64,000 nucleotides of DNA from Deltaproteobacteria bacterium (GTDB lineage: Bacteria; Myxococcota; Kuafuiibacteriia; Kuafuiibacteriales; Kuafuiibacteriaceae). Each line of letters starts with the position of its first letter. Within the stretch, counting starts at the first letter, position 1. Below are positions 39,876 through 51,423 of this stretch, one piece after another. The translations under genes were made by a program, and so were the position numbers. The notes under the pieces were generated by a model. That model was not told the DNA's origin and made no database searches. It was given only the letters and a program-made list of their open reading frames with translations. Where the stretch lies: the NCBI GenBank assembly GCA_040218735.1, contig JAVJQW010000046.1:346361-410360 (forward strand). Direction: 5' to 3'.

Positions 39876-42109
39876 CACTCCTTGATTTCTTCCAGATCCT
39901 CGGAAGCGGCGATGACCTCGCCGTAGCGCTTCCAAACCGATCCCTTGCCTTCCTGGGCGGCCTTGTCTCGGAGCTCGACTCCGCGCTGCTTGGCGAGCAC
40001 GCGAATCCGGTCCGTGACGAGTGCGCCATCTTCGAACGTGTTGATGCGTTTCAAGAGTTGGGCCACCTGCTCGTCGTTGCATTCGCGAAGGCATGCTGAC
40101 GTCACGTCGACGGTCAGCGCCCCAACGCCTTGCGTAGGTGTCGGCGTTCCGTCGAGCCACGCGAGGAGTGACGACGCAGCGTCACTCGTGCGGCCCGCGC
40201 CGAGGAGCGCACGCGTCCGCAGCGCTTTGGCCTCCTGGAGCGGGTCGCCGGGGGGCGTCAGGGACTCGACGGCGTCGAGGTGCGCGAGCGCGACGTCCGC
40301 GCGCTGGCCGAGCAGCGCTCGACGCGCCGCGAGGTGCCGACCCCGCCAACCGTCGATCGAGTCGTCGTGTTGCTCGATGAAGTAGCCGATCGCGACGTCC
40401 GCACGGAACGTGTCCTCGGCGACGAGGTAGCTCTCGATCAGCTCGATGAGGGCCTCGCGCTCGACCTCCTCGTCGAGGCCGCGGCGCAGCTGGACGAGCA
40501 GGTCGTCCCAGAACCCACCGTCGACGTTCATCATCCGGTGTGCACGTGAGATCGCGACCAGGGTCGGTGCGTCGAGGCTTCCGCGCACCTCGCCCACCGG
40601 CCCCTCCATCAGGCCGATGATTTCGGGCCAGGCCTCCGCGCGCGCCAGGCGCTCGATCCAGCGACCGACCACCTGTTGGGTTGCCGACAGGTACGCCACG
40701 TCGACGGCCCACGCCTGGACGAAGTCACTCTTCATCTCCTTGGCTGCGATGAGGGTCTGAAGGGCCTCGAGATCGTTGCCGAGCGCGGAGTGCACGAAGG
40801 CGAGGGCGTACGTCGCCTCGAACCGCACCGCTGGGCACGCGCCGAACTCGACGAGCTGCGCGACGCGGTCCTCCAGCGTTGCGTACTTGGCGAAGGGGCC
40901 GAACCGCAGCATTCGCCTCAGCTCGACGCGTTTGACCGTGCACTCGTCGCCCTTGGACGCACGCTCGTACTGGCGACGGGCGACGGAGCGCGCGCGATGG
41001 TTCTGGAGCGCGAGATCGCCGAGGCGGAGGTGGATGTCGGCTTCGAGCTGACGGTCGCGCACCGTCTTCATCGCGTTGCGGAAGCACGTCTCCGCGGCGT
41101 CGAACGCACCCATCGCGATCTTCACTTCGCCCGACAACATCCACGACTTGGCGGCGACGTCGCCGTCGCCAGCGCGGTCGGCGGTCAGCTCTTCGGCGAG
41201 CTGCGCGGCCTCGACGAAGCGGCGCCCGTGGATCTGCAGCTCGAGGAGCGCGAGCGTCGCGTGCCCCCGAAGCTCGCGCTCCTTCGTCGTCTTCATCATC
41301 TCGGTGAGGATCTCGACGGCCTCGTCGCGGCGGTCGGTCTTCTCGTAGATCCCGGCCAGGATCAGCGCGGTGTACGGGATGTGGCGTTCGACCGCGAAGA
41401 CCGGGTCGGACCGAAGGAACGCCTCGGCCTCGGGCGCGAGGTCTCGGTGAACGAGCAAGCGCGCGACGACGATCCCGGTGTACGCGTACGCCGGGAGGTT
41501 GCGCGTCCAGGGCTTTTCGAACCGGAAGCGGAACGCCCACCGCTCGAAGGTGTCGACGGGCTTCCCTTCCTCCAGGAACTGCGCCGCCTCCAGCGCACGT
41601 TTGTAGTGGGCGCAGTGGTCCTCGAAGACGGGTTTCTTGCAGGGGTGGCGCCGGGGTTTGGGCGGGAGGAGGTAGCGGTGTTCGACCGACGAGCCGAAAC
41701 CGGCCATCCGACCAACGACCTCCGTCGCCTTCGGACGCATCGCCTTGGGGCGAGGCGTGAACTGCAGGCGGAGCGAGCGCGGCTTCTTACCCCACCCGAC
41801 GGTCGGAAACACCGACGCGTCCCGTAGGAACAGCGCAAACGTGACGGTGTGCCCGTAGATGCCGCGGCGCTCGATCTTCGAGCACCAGTCCCCGAGCTGA
41901 TGCGTCAGGACTTCGACGATGTTGTCCGGCGCGTGGTCGATCTCGAGGAGCGCGACCGGATCCCCGGCTCGGTGGATGATGCGTGCGTCCGTCTCGGGCG
42001 AGACCTTGACGACGATGACTTGTCGGGGGTCCGCGGCCTGCGCGGTGCTCGTCTCGATGAGTGCCAGGAGCGGCAGGAAAATCAGGAGTCGATTGAAGGT
42101 CCGGCGCAC
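39875..42109 (-). CDS. Exported TPR-repeat protein
   Basis: Signal peptide ending AQA; multiple TPR-like helical pairs; coupled to the downstream gene. Confidence 0.65.
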   Translation of the reverse strand: MRRTFNRLLIFLPLLALIETSTAQAADPRQVIVVKVSPETDARIIHRAGDPVALLEIDHAPDNIVEVLTHQLGDWCSKIERRGIYGHTVTFALFLRDASVFPTVGWGKKPRSLRLQFTPRPKAMRPKATEVVGRMAGFGSSVEHRYLLPPKPRRHPCKKPVFEDHCAHYKRALEAAQFLEEGKPVDTFERWAFRFRFEKPWTRNLPAYAYTGIVVARLLVHRDLAPEAEAFLRSDPVFAVERHIPYTALILAGIYEKTDRRDEAVEILTEMMKTTKERELRGHATLALLELQIHGRRFVEAAQLAEELTADRAGDGDVAAKSWMLSGEVKIAMGAFDAAETCFRNAMKTVRDRQLEADIHLRLGDLALQNHRARSVARRQYERASKGDECTVKRVELRRMLRFGPFAKYATLEDRVAQLVEFGACPAVRFEATYALAFVHSALGNDLEALQTLIAAKEMKSDFVQAWAVDVAYLSATQQVVGRWIERLARAEAWPEIIGLMEGPVGEVRGSLDAPTLVAISRAHRMMNVDGGFWDDLLVQLRRGLDEEVEREALIELIESYLVAEDTFRADVAIGYFIEQHDDSIDGWRGRHLAARRALLGQRADVALAHLDAVESLTPPGDPLQEAKALRTRALLGAGRTSDAASSLLAWLDGTPTPTQGVGALTVDVTSACLRECNDEQVAQLLKRINTFEDGALVTDRIRVLAKQRGVELRDKAAQEGKGSVWKRYGEVIAASEDLEEIKE

Positions 42110-42121
42110 GCACCCGAGAGA

Positions 42122-42137
42122 TGCGAACGCGGTGCCA
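42122..42137 (-). promoter_or_regulatory. sigma54 -24/-12 promoter for the TPR-flgBC-fliE...flgE operon
   Basis: Minus strand TGGCACCGCGTTCGCA (GG-N10-GC). Confidence 0.65.
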
Positions 42138-42139
42138 AC

Positions 42140-43588
<1,449 letters not shown>

Positions 43589-43616
43589 GGCAGAGGTCCT
43601 GTGTAAGGACACTCGA

Positions 43617-43643
43617 ACATCGACACAATTCCCCCACGTTTGA
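43617..43643 (-). promoter_or_regulatory. sigma28-like promoter upstream of the sigma54 activator
   Basis: Minus strand TCAA-N15-GTCGATGT. Confidence 0.45.
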
Positions 43644-43792
43644 GCAGTTTTGTCGGGATCTCGACGGTCCCCGTCGGCGCAGGATGTGCGCTGATCTCGG
43701 CCCGTCATTCCGCCGACAGGTGTCGACGTGGTCGACCGTCGGTTCGCCGACGATTTGTCTCGTTCCAAGCCACGAAACGGCCTCCGACGCGA

Positions 43793-43808
43793 TGGCACGT
43801 TCAATGCT
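43793..43808 (+). promoter_or_regulatory. sigma54 promoter for the fliL operon
   Basis: TGGCACGTTCAATGCT (GG-N10-GC). Confidence 0.72.
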
Positions 43809-43825
43809 GATGTCAGCTGCGAGAC

Positions 43826-44380
43826 ATGGCCAAGCAAGAAACCGAAGACGCGGGCGCCGCGCCCAAGAGCAAGAAGAAGCTGCTCGTCATCGCGGTCCTC
43901 GCCCTCAATGTCGTGGTCCTCGGCGCCCTCGGTGCGTTCGTCCTGCTCGGGTCGTCGTCGGAGGCCTCGGCCGAGGCGCCCGCCGAGGAAGCACCGGCCC
44001 AGGACGAGGCGAAGAAGGCGGACGCCGAGAAGGAAGGCGCAGAAGCCGCCGAGGCGCCCAAGGGCGCCGACTCTGCGCTGGGCCCGACCGAGATGGTCGG
44101 CAAGTTCACGATCAACCTCGCGGACCGCGCCACGTCGCGTTACCTGCGGGTCGTCGTCAGCGTCGAGGTTTCGGCACAACCCACCGCGGAAGAGGTGAAG
44201 ATGCGCAACCCACAGCTGCGGCACATCACGATCGCGTACCTCTCGAGCCTGAAGCTCTCCGACACCCAGGGGCCAGGGTCGCTCGACAAGATCCGACGCG
44301 CCCTCGAGCAGCGATTCAACCACGTTCTGACGACAGGTACGGTGAGGCAGGTCTACTTCACCGATTTCGTGACGCAGTAG
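43826..44380 (+). CDS. fliL: Flagellar basal body-associated protein FliL
   Basis: KKK plus TM, FTINLAD...RYL, VYFTDFVTQ. Confidence 0.92.
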   Translation: MAKQETEDAGAAPKSKKKLLVIAVLALNVVVLGALGAFVLLGSSSEASAEAPAEEAPAQDEAKKADAEKEGAEAAEAPKGADSALGPTEMVGKFTINLADRATSRYLRVVVSVEVSAQPTAEEVKMRNPQLRHITIAYLSSLKLSDTQGPGSLDKIRRALEQRFNHVLTTGTVRQVYFTDFVTQ

Positions 44381-44387
44381 GTGCAAC

Positions 44388-45419
44388 GTGGACAATGTAC
44401 TCTCACAGAACGAAGTCAACGCGCTCCTCAACGCCGTGCGGACCGGCTCGGTCGCGACCGAACCCGACTCCGAAGAGCAGGAAGCTCAGAAGAAGGGCGC
44501 GCGTGGGTACGACCTGACGAGCAACGACCGCATCGTCCGCGGCCGCATGCCGACGCTCGACATCCTCAATCAGCGCCTCGCGCGTCTGATGCGGCAGTCG
44601 ATCTTCAACATGTTCCGCAAGACGGTCGAGGTCACGCACGAGCGCACGGAGCTGCTGAAGTACAACGAGTTCATCGAGACCGTCTCGGTGCCGGCGTGTC
44701 TGAACGTCTTTCGCATGCCGCCGCTGAAGAACACCTGCCTCGTCGCGGTCGACGCGCCGCTGATGTTCGGTCTGGTCGACCACGTCTTCGGTGGCACTGG
44801 GAGTTGGTATCGCGTCGAAGGGCGTGAGTACTCGTCCATCGAGCTGAAACTCATCGAGCAGGTCGTCTCGCTCGTACTCAAGGACCTCGAGGGAGCCTGG
44901 GAGCCGGTCCTCGCGGTGAAGTGTGAGTACCTGCGGACGGAAGTGAACCCTCAGTTCGCCGCGATCGCAGCGCCCACCGACGTCACGGTGCACATTCGAT
45001 TCGTCGTCGAGATCGAAGGGAACACCCGCGGGAGCATCTCGTTGGTGATTCCGTACCACGTCATCGAGCCCATCCGTCGTGCGCTGAGCTCTGCGCTCCA
45101 GACCGAGCGCGCAGACGAGAACAGCGCGTGGCGGCGGCAGATCATCGCCGTGCTGCTCGGTCTCGACGTCGAGTTCAAGGCCTTGCTCGGCACCGGTCAC
45201 ATTCGCCTCGGAGACCTGATGGCGATGTCGGTCGGCGACACCATTCGCCTGAACGTCGACAGCGAAGAACCCGTTCCTTGCCTCGTCGAGGACGTACAGA
45301 AGGGCCTCGGTTGGCCCGTCATGAGCCGCGGGAAGGTCTCCGTCGAGCTCACGCGACCCGTGCATATCGTCGAGAACGCGGCCGCTGCGGCGGCGCGGTC
45401 CGGAGGAAGTCATGACTGA
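44388..45419 (+). CDS. fliM: Flagellar motor switch protein FliM
   Basis: LSQNEVNALL, DRIVRGRMPTL, FGG.G, EVNPQF. Confidence 0.94.
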   Translation: MDNVLSQNEVNALLNAVRTGSVATEPDSEEQEAQKKGARGYDLTSNDRIVRGRMPTLDILNQRLARLMRQSIFNMFRKTVEVTHERTELLKYNEFIETVSVPACLNVFRMPPLKNTCLVAVDAPLMFGLVDHVFGGTGSWYRVEGREYSSIELKLIEQVVSLVLKDLEGAWEPVLAVKCEYLRTEVNPQFAAIAAPTDVTVHIRFVVEIEGNTRGSISLVIPYHVIEPIRRALSSALQTERADENSAWRRQIIAVLLGLDVEFKALLGTGHIRLGDLMAMSVGDTIRLNVDSEEPVPCLVEDVQKGLGWPVMSRGKVSVELTRPVHIVENAAAAAARSGGSHD

Positions 45420-45753
45420 AGAGATTGCGACCCCGATCGAAGAGACCCCGAAGGAGCCGTCGCTCCCGCCGGTCAAAGAAGACGATCTCTCGAACCTCGA
45501 TCGCATCATGGACGTTCCGCTCGTCGTCTCCGTCGAGCTGGGGCGGACGAGCGTCCAGATCAGCGACCTCCTGCAGCTCGCGCAGGGGTCCATCGTGGAA
45601 CTCACGAAGCTCGCCGGCGAACCGCTCGACGTGCTCGTGCACGGGAAGCTCGTCGCGCGCGGCGAAGCCGTCGTCATCAACGACCAGTTCGGCGTTCGAC
45701 TCACGGACATCGTGAGTCACTCCGAACGCATCGAAACCTTGGGAGCCGACTGA
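45412..45753 (+). CDS. fliN: Flagellar motor switch protein FliN
   Basis: DVPLVVSVELGR, LAGEPLD, GEAVVINDQFGVR. Confidence 0.95.
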   Translation: MTEEIATPIEETPKEPSLPPVKEDDLSNLDRIMDVPLVVSVELGRTSVQISDLLQLAQGSIVELTKLAGEPLDVLVHGKLVARGEAVVINDQFGVRLTDIVSHSERIETLGAD

Positions 45754-45754
45754 G

Positions 45755-46411
45755 ATGAATCTGAAAGCGTTTGTCATGACCGTCTCGATGCTCGCGACGC
45801 CCGTCGCGGCTTTCGCCGAGGTTCCCGCCGGGGACGAGGACGCGAAGCGGCTCCAGAGGCTCGCGGGTTTCGTAGAACGCGCGAAGGCGGGTGAGCCGAG
45901 GAAGCCGGAGGTGTCGGAGGGGGCGCCCGTCGCCGCCGCCCTCACGAGCGAGAAACTCGAGACCGAGGATCCGATCCAATCGATCACGACGATGTTCGGC
46001 GCGGCCTTCGGGCTCGCGGCGCTCTTCGTCGGGGGTGCATTCGTCATGAAGCGGCTGAAGTCGAAAGGGATGTTCGACGCCGCAAACAACGAGCTTCGGC
46101 TCGAGGAGTCGCTGTGGGTCGGTAAGGGTCAGCGTCTCCTGCTCGTGTCCGTTGGTGAGCGCCGAGTCCTCCTCGGTGTTACGGGCGCGGGTTTCGAGGG
46201 CCTGGCGGTGCTCGACCAGGAGGTCGAGCCCGCCCGTGGCCTGCCCGCCGAGCACCCGGCCCTGTCGGTGGTCCCGGCGAAACCGAGGCTCGAGGAGCCG
46301 GTCGAGGAACGTCCCAAGCGGAAGTTCGCCGAGGTCCTGAGCGAGGAAGACGTCTTCAAGCCTTCGCCCTCGGACCGGCGTCGGATCATCCAGCGTCTGA
46401 ACACCCTCTAG
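45755..46411 (+). CDS. fliO: Flagellar biosynthesis protein FliO
   Basis: TM followed by LWVGKGQRLLLVSVGERRVLLGVT; between fliN and fliP. Confidence 0.78.
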   Translation: MNLKAFVMTVSMLATPVAAFAEVPAGDEDAKRLQRLAGFVERAKAGEPRKPEVSEGAPVAAALTSEKLETEDPIQSITTMFGAAFGLAALFVGGAFVMKRLKSKGMFDAANNELRLEESLWVGKGQRLLLVSVGERRVLLGVTGAGFEGLAVLDQEVEPARGLPAEHPALSVVPAKPRLEEPVEERPKRKFAEVLSEEDVFKPSPSDRRRIIQRLNTL

Positions 46412-46445
46412 TCACCCCTCCGCGAACTCGAAACGGGAGCCACTG

Positions 46446-47099
46446 ATGGACACCATGCTGCAGGAGCTGAGCTCCGCGACGCCGATCCGCGTCGTCATGA
46501 TTCTCACGGCGCTTACTTTGCTGCCGGGGATCGTGATCTCGATGACGGCATTTCTGCGAATCGTCCTCGTGATGGGTTTCTTGCGGAACGCGCTGGGGCT
46601 CCAGTCGATGCCGCCCAACCAAGTCATCATCGGACTCTCGCTCTTCCTCACCTGGTTCGTCATGGGAGACGTCGCGACGCGAATTCACACCGATGCGCTC
46701 CAACCCTACGTCGAGGGTCGGATCACCGAGGTGCAGATGCTCGAGGACGCGTCGAAGCCGCTGCGTGCGTTCATGCTGAAGCAGACCCGCGAGAAGGACC
46801 TCGCGCTGATGCTCAACCTCAGCCGCACGCAGTCCGTCGCCTCGTTGGACGACATCCCCATGCGCGTCGTCGTGCCTTCCTACATCGTCAGCGAGCTCCG
46901 GACGGCCTTCGCGATCGGGTTCCTGCTCTTCATTCCCTTCCTGGTCATCGACCTGTCGACGGCGGCGCTGCTGAACGCATTGGGTATGTTCATGCTCCCG
47001 CCGCCGACGATCTCACTCCCCTTCAAACTCTTGGTCTTCGTGGTGGCCGACGGGTGGGCCCTCGTCGTGGGCTCCATGGTCAAGAGTTTCGGGATGTGA
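46446..47099 (+). CDS. fliP: Flagellar export protein FliP
   Basis: MTAFLRI, PPNQV, SELRTAF, PPPTISLPFKL, DGW. Confidence 0.95.
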   Translation: MDTMLQELSSATPIRVVMILTALTLLPGIVISMTAFLRIVLVMGFLRNALGLQSMPPNQVIIGLSLFLTWFVMGDVATRIHTDALQPYVEGRITEVQMLEDASKPLRAFMLKQTREKDLALMLNLSRTQSVASLDDIPMRVVVPSYIVSELRTAFAIGFLLFIPFLVIDLSTAALLNALGMFMLPPPTISLPFKLLVFVVADGWALVVGSMVKSFGM

Positions 47100-47112
47100 C
47101 GAGGAGACGCGC

Positions 47113-47385
47113 ATGCACCCTGACTTCGTCATCAGCCTCCTCGTTCAGTCCATCCTCGTCGGCGCGAGTGTCATGCTCCCGCTGCTCGCGGTGGGTCTCA
47201 CCGTGGGCCTCGCGGTGGGTTCCATTCAAGCGGCGACCCAGGTCAACGAGCAGACGCTGACCTTCGTCCCGAAGGTCATCGCGGTGGGGACGACGGCGTG
47301 GTTCATCGTTCCGTGGGGCCTGGACCGGTACATCTTCGTGTTCCGACAGGCCATCGAGGCCATCGCGCAGGTGGTCGCGGTCTGA
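47113..47385 (+). CDS. fliQ: Flagellar export protein FliQ
   Basis: QAATQVNEQTLTFVPK. Confidence 0.95.
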   Translation: MHPDFVISLLVQSILVGASVMLPLLAVGLTVGLAVGSIQAATQVNEQTLTFVPKVIAVGTTAWFIVPWGLDRYIFVFRQAIEAIAQVVAV

Positions 47386-48134
47386 TGGAGACCCTCTTCC
47401 AGCACGCCGAAATCACGGTCGCCATGGTGTTGGCGTTCGTTCGGTTCGGCGCGTTCTTCGTCGTCGCGCCGTTCCCCGGCGTGCGTGCCCCCGCCGTCGC
47501 CCGCATCTTCCTCGCGGGCGGTGTGGCTTGGGCCTTCTCGGCGCGGCTCGGAGCCGTCGAGTCGACCGGGCTCGGGATGGCCATCGCGGGGGAGGTCGTC
47601 CTGGGCCTCGCGATGGGTTTCCTCCTTCAGCTCGTCGTTCACGCGTTCTCGTTCGGCGGCGAAGCGGCCGGCACGCAGATGAACCTCGCCGACCCGAGCT
47701 TCCTGACGCCGATGCAGACGCGGGTGACGGTGCTCGGCTCCGCGTACACGATGACCGCGCTCGGCGTCTATGCCGTCGGTGACGGGCCCCATCTGCTGTT
47801 CACGTTCCTCGCCCGGTATCTCGAGGTCGTCCCCCCCGGGGTGTTCTCACCCGAGTTCGATGGGCGCGCTATCACGATGGAGGTGGGGAGTGAGCTCTTC
47901 AGCCTCGGTCTGCGCGCCGGTGCGCCGGTCATCGCGGCGGTGTTCGCCGCGCAGCTCGTGCTGGGCATCGTGTCCCGGGCGGTCCCTCACCTCAACATGC
48001 TCATCGAAGGGCCCGGCTTCACGATCACGACCGGCGTGGTCGGCCTCCTCGCTTCCGTGCAGACCTTCTCTCCGCTCGTCGACGAGGCGTTCCACGACCG
48101 CCTCGAAGACCTCGCCCGCTGGTTCGTGATCTGA
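47385..48134 (+). CDS. fliR: Flagellar export protein FliR
   Basis: APF, EVVLG, RAVPHLN; multi-TM; between fliQ and flhB. Confidence 0.88.
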   Translation: METLFQHAEITVAMVLAFVRFGAFFVVAPFPGVRAPAVARIFLAGGVAWAFSARLGAVESTGLGMAIAGEVVLGLAMGFLLQLVVHAFSFGGEAAGTQMNLADPSFLTPMQTRVTVLGSAYTMTALGVYAVGDGPHLLFTFLARYLEVVPPGVFSPEFDGRAITMEVGSELFSLGLRAGAPVIAAVFAAQLVLGIVSRAVPHLNMLIEGPGFTITTGVVGLLASVQTFSPLVDEAFHDRLEDLARWFVI

Positions 48135-48141
48135 GGAAGCG

Positions 48142-49221
48142 ATGGCGGACGACAGTCAGAACGGCGAACGGACCGAGGAAGCTACCCCAAGAAAACGGGA
48201 GCAAGCTCGCAAAGAAGGGCAGGTCGCGAACTCGAGCGAGGTCGGCATCGCCATGACGATGCTGCTGCTCAGCGGGTTGATCTCCTGGGTCTTCCCCCGG
48301 ATCTGCTACGACGCGGTCAGCCTCATTCGCACCACGCTGAGTTTCGACGGCGGCAATCTCGGTGGGTTCGAGGGCGTGGCCATTCGCTCGCTCCGCGACG
48401 GCGGTATTTCGATTTTTCGGCTCGTGGCCCCCGTCGCCTTCTTGGCGATGCTGTTCGGAATCATCGCGAACGTCGCGCAGGTGGGTTTCAATCTCAACTT
48501 CGAGAACCTCGCGTTCAAGTGGGAGCGCCTCGATCCCAGCGGTTGGTTCAAGCGGATGACCGGGGTCGAGCTCCCGGTCACACTCGCGAAGTCCTTCTTC
48601 AAGGGCATGGGCCTGGTCTTCATCGCGCTGCTCGCGCTCCAGGACGAACCGCAGCGTCTGTTCAAGATCGCCCTCGCGCCGATCGGCTCGATCGGGGACG
48701 AGCTCGGTCGTCTCGCGTACATGGTGGTGATTCGCGTGGCGGCGGCGATGGCCGTGGTCGCCGGGCTCGACGTGCTGTGGACGCGCTACCGCCACGAAGA
48801 GAAGCTCAAGATGACCAAGGACGAGGTCAAGCGCGAGCAGAAAGAGTCCTTCGGTGACCCCCACATTCGTGCGGCGCGGCGCCGTCGCATGAACGAGATC
48901 AAACAGAAGTCTCTCGACAAGGCCGTGCAGGATGCGACGGTCGTTTCGGTCAACCCGACCCACTACGCGGTCGCGTTACGCTTCCGGCCCGGCCAGGACG
49001 CCGTGCCGGTCGTGGTGGCCAAGGGGGTCGACTTCAAGGCGCTTCGAATTCGTGAGCTCGCCGAGAAGTATGACGTCCCCGTCCAACGGAACGTCCCCCT
49101 GACGCGGGCACTCTACGCCGCGGCCAAGGAGGGGGACGAGATTCCGTTCGAGTTGTTCGAGGGTGTGGCGCAGCTACTCAAGCTCGTTCGCCGGCTTCGC
49201 GGAGAAGCACCCTATCGCTGA
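48142..49221 (+). CDS. flhB: Flagellar export switch FlhB
   Basis: ERTEEATPRK, KMTKDEVKRE, NPTH autocleavage site. Confidence 0.95.
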   Translation: MADDSQNGERTEEATPRKREQARKEGQVANSSEVGIAMTMLLLSGLISWVFPRICYDAVSLIRTTLSFDGGNLGGFEGVAIRSLRDGGISIFRLVAPVAFLAMLFGIIANVAQVGFNLNFENLAFKWERLDPSGWFKRMTGVELPVTLAKSFFKGMGLVFIALLALQDEPQRLFKIALAPIGSIGDELGRLAYMVVIRVAAAMAVVAGLDVLWTRYRHEEKLKMTKDEVKREQKESFGDPHIRAARRRRMNEIKQKSLDKAVQDATVVSVNPTHYAVALRFRPGQDAVPVVVAKGVDFKALRIRELAEKYDVPVQRNVPLTRALYAAAKEGDEIPFELFEGVAQLLKLVRRLRGEAPYR

Positions 49222-49237
49222 GTAGGAGATATTCGAG

Positions 49238-51304
49238 ATGAAGACCGCATCGATAGGGAGCCTCCCGGCACGTGTGCTGACGCCCGAGACGATCGTCGGC
49301 TCCGCGTTCCTCGGAATCGTCGCGCTGCTGATGATTCCGGTGCCGTCCGCGGCGCTGGATCTACTGCTCGCGTTGAGCATCGCAATCAGCGCGGTCGTGT
49401 TCCTCACGGCGCTGTTCTCCGAGCGACCGACGGACTTCTCGATCTTCCCGACGCTCCTACTCATTTCGACGCTGCTGCGTCTGTCGCTGAACATCGCGTC
49501 CACCCGTCTGATCCTCAACAGTGGTCACGAGGGATCGGAGGCCGCGGGACGCATCATCTACGCCTTCTCCAACTTCGTCGTCGGCGGCAACCTGGCGGTC
49601 GGCGTCATCGTGTTCCTCGCCCTCGTGCTCATCAACTTCGTCGTCATCACGAAGGGCGCCGGGCGCATCGCAGAGGTCGCAGCTCGATTCACGCTCGACG
49701 CGCTCCCGGGTAAGCAGATGGCGATCGACGCCGAGCTGTCTGCGGGTTCGATCAACGAGACGGAGGCGCGGCGTCGCCGCGAGGAAGTCGAGCAGCAGGC
49801 GGACTTCTACGGTGCGATGGATGGTGCCAACAAGTTCATCCGAGGCGACGCGATCGCCGGCCTGATCATCACGGCGATCAACCTCATCGGCGGGCTCTTC
49901 ATCGGGCTCTTCCAGCACGATCTCAACCTCGCGGAGGCCGCGGCGAGTTACTCGTCGCTGACGATCGGTGACGGCCTTGTCTCGCAGATGCCGGCGCTCG
50001 TGGTCTCGACCGCCGCCGGCTTGGCGATCTCTCGGGCCTCCGGAAAGAGTGACTTCGGCCGCCAGGTCGTCCAGCAGATGCTCGGGATGCGGTCGGTGCT
50101 CGGCATGGCGGCGGTGTTCCTGCTGATGATCGGTGCGCTGCCGGGGCTCCCGCTGTTCCCCTTCGCGGTGCTCGCTGCGACGCTCACCTTCGTCGCCTAC
50201 CGACAGATGGGTGCCGAGGCCGAGCCGGAGCCGGAAGAGAAGACCGAGGCGCCGCCCGAGAAGACCGAGCGCGAGATCCAAGCGGACGCGCTGCGTCTGG
50301 AACCCATCAAGCTCGAGGTCGGATTCGGACTCATCCCCATGGCGGACGCCAACAAGGGCGGTGAAATTCCTGCGAAGATCAAAAACCTCCGACGCCAACT
50401 CGCGCAGTCACTCGGAATCATCGTCCCCAAGGTTCGAATTGCCGACAGCATGCAGCTGTCACAACACGAGTACGCGATCAGCCTCTCGGGTGCGCAGGTC
50501 GCGCGCGGTGAGATCGTCCCCGGTCGCCTGATGGCGATGAAGGCGGACGGGAACATCCGCGTGGATGATTCGATCGAGGGGCGCGACCCGGTGTTCGGGA
50601 CGCCGGCGGTCTGGATTCAGCCGGGCGCCAAACGTCGCGCGGAGGCGCAGGGTGCGATGGTGGTGGAGCCCGCTTCGATCCTGACCACGCACCTGTCGGA
50701 GATCCTCAAGCGTAACGCCGACGCGCTCCTCAGCCGCGACACGGTGGAGGACTTGGTCGACTTCGTCCGCGACGAAGCGCCGCGCCTCGTCGCAGAGCTC
50801 CTCCCTACGCAGATCAGCTACGCGGAGCTCTCCACGGTGCTGCGCTTGCTCCTCGAGGAGTCCGTGTCCGTTCGCGACCTTCGTTCGATCCTCGAGACGA
50901 TCAGCCTCAACATCAGCCGCACGAAGCGACCGGAGGACCTCGCCGACTTGTGCCGGGTGGCGCTGGGACGTCAGATCTCCGCGCAGGTGGCGCACCGTGA
51001 CGGCGTGATTCGCGTACTCATGCTCGACCGTGAGTTGGAGGAAGAGCTGCTGCGTTCGCTGGGACCCAACGGTGAGTTGATTCCGCGCATTGGTCTGGGC
51101 AATTCGATCCTCCAAAACCTCAGCACGCAGATCGCCGAGACGACCGACCGAGACTTCCCGAACATCCTCGTGTCACCTCGGCTGCGCCGCCCCTTCGCGC
51201 GATTCGTGCGCGCCTACCAGCCGAACATCGCGGTGGTCACCGCCGTCGAGCTCCAGAGCAGCGGTCGCGATGTCCGAATCGTCGGTTCCGTGGCAGCGAG
51301 CTGA
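49238..51304 (+). CDS. flhA: Flagellar export gate FlhA
   Basis: RIAEVAARFTLDALPGKQMAIDA, FYGAMDGA, IGDGLVSQ. Confidence 0.96.
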   Translation: MKTASIGSLPARVLTPETIVGSAFLGIVALLMIPVPSAALDLLLALSIAISAVVFLTALFSERPTDFSIFPTLLLISTLLRLSLNIASTRLILNSGHEGSEAAGRIIYAFSNFVVGGNLAVGVIVFLALVLINFVVITKGAGRIAEVAARFTLDALPGKQMAIDAELSAGSINETEARRRREEVEQQADFYGAMDGANKFIRGDAIAGLIITAINLIGGLFIGLFQHDLNLAEAAASYSSLTIGDGLVSQMPALVVSTAAGLAISRASGKSDFGRQVVQQMLGMRSVLGMAAVFLLMIGALPGLPLFPFAVLAATLTFVAYRQMGAEAEPEPEEKTEAPPEKTEREIQADALRLEPIKLEVGFGLIPMADANKGGEIPAKIKNLRRQLAQSLGIIVPKVRIADSMQLSQHEYAISLSGAQVARGEIVPGRLMAMKADGNIRVDDSIEGRDPVFGTPAVWIQPGAKRRAEAQGAMVVEPASILTTHLSEILKRNADALLSRDTVEDLVDFVRDEAPRLVAELLPTQISYAELSTVLRLLLEESVSVRDLRSILETISLNISRTKRPEDLADLCRVALGRQISAQVAHRDGVIRVLMLDRELEEELLRSLGPNGELIPRIGLGNSILQNLSTQIAETTDRDFPNILVSPRLRRPFARFVRAYQPNIAVVTAVELQSSGRDVRIVGSVAAS

Positions 51305-51388
51305 CCTCTTTTCGACACACGTCGGTCCCTCGACACCTCCCCCGTCCCCTAGCACCGTGATCCGAAGCGATAGCGTTCAAGAATGATT

Positions 51389-51404
51389 CGGCATCACTCC
51401 TGCA
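51389..51404 (+). promoter_or_regulatory. sigma54 promoter for flhF-flhG-fliA
   Basis: CGGCATCACTCCTGCA (GG-N10-GC) in the intergenic region. Confidence 0.6.
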
Positions 51405-51423
51405 ATTGGCTTCATCACCGACC

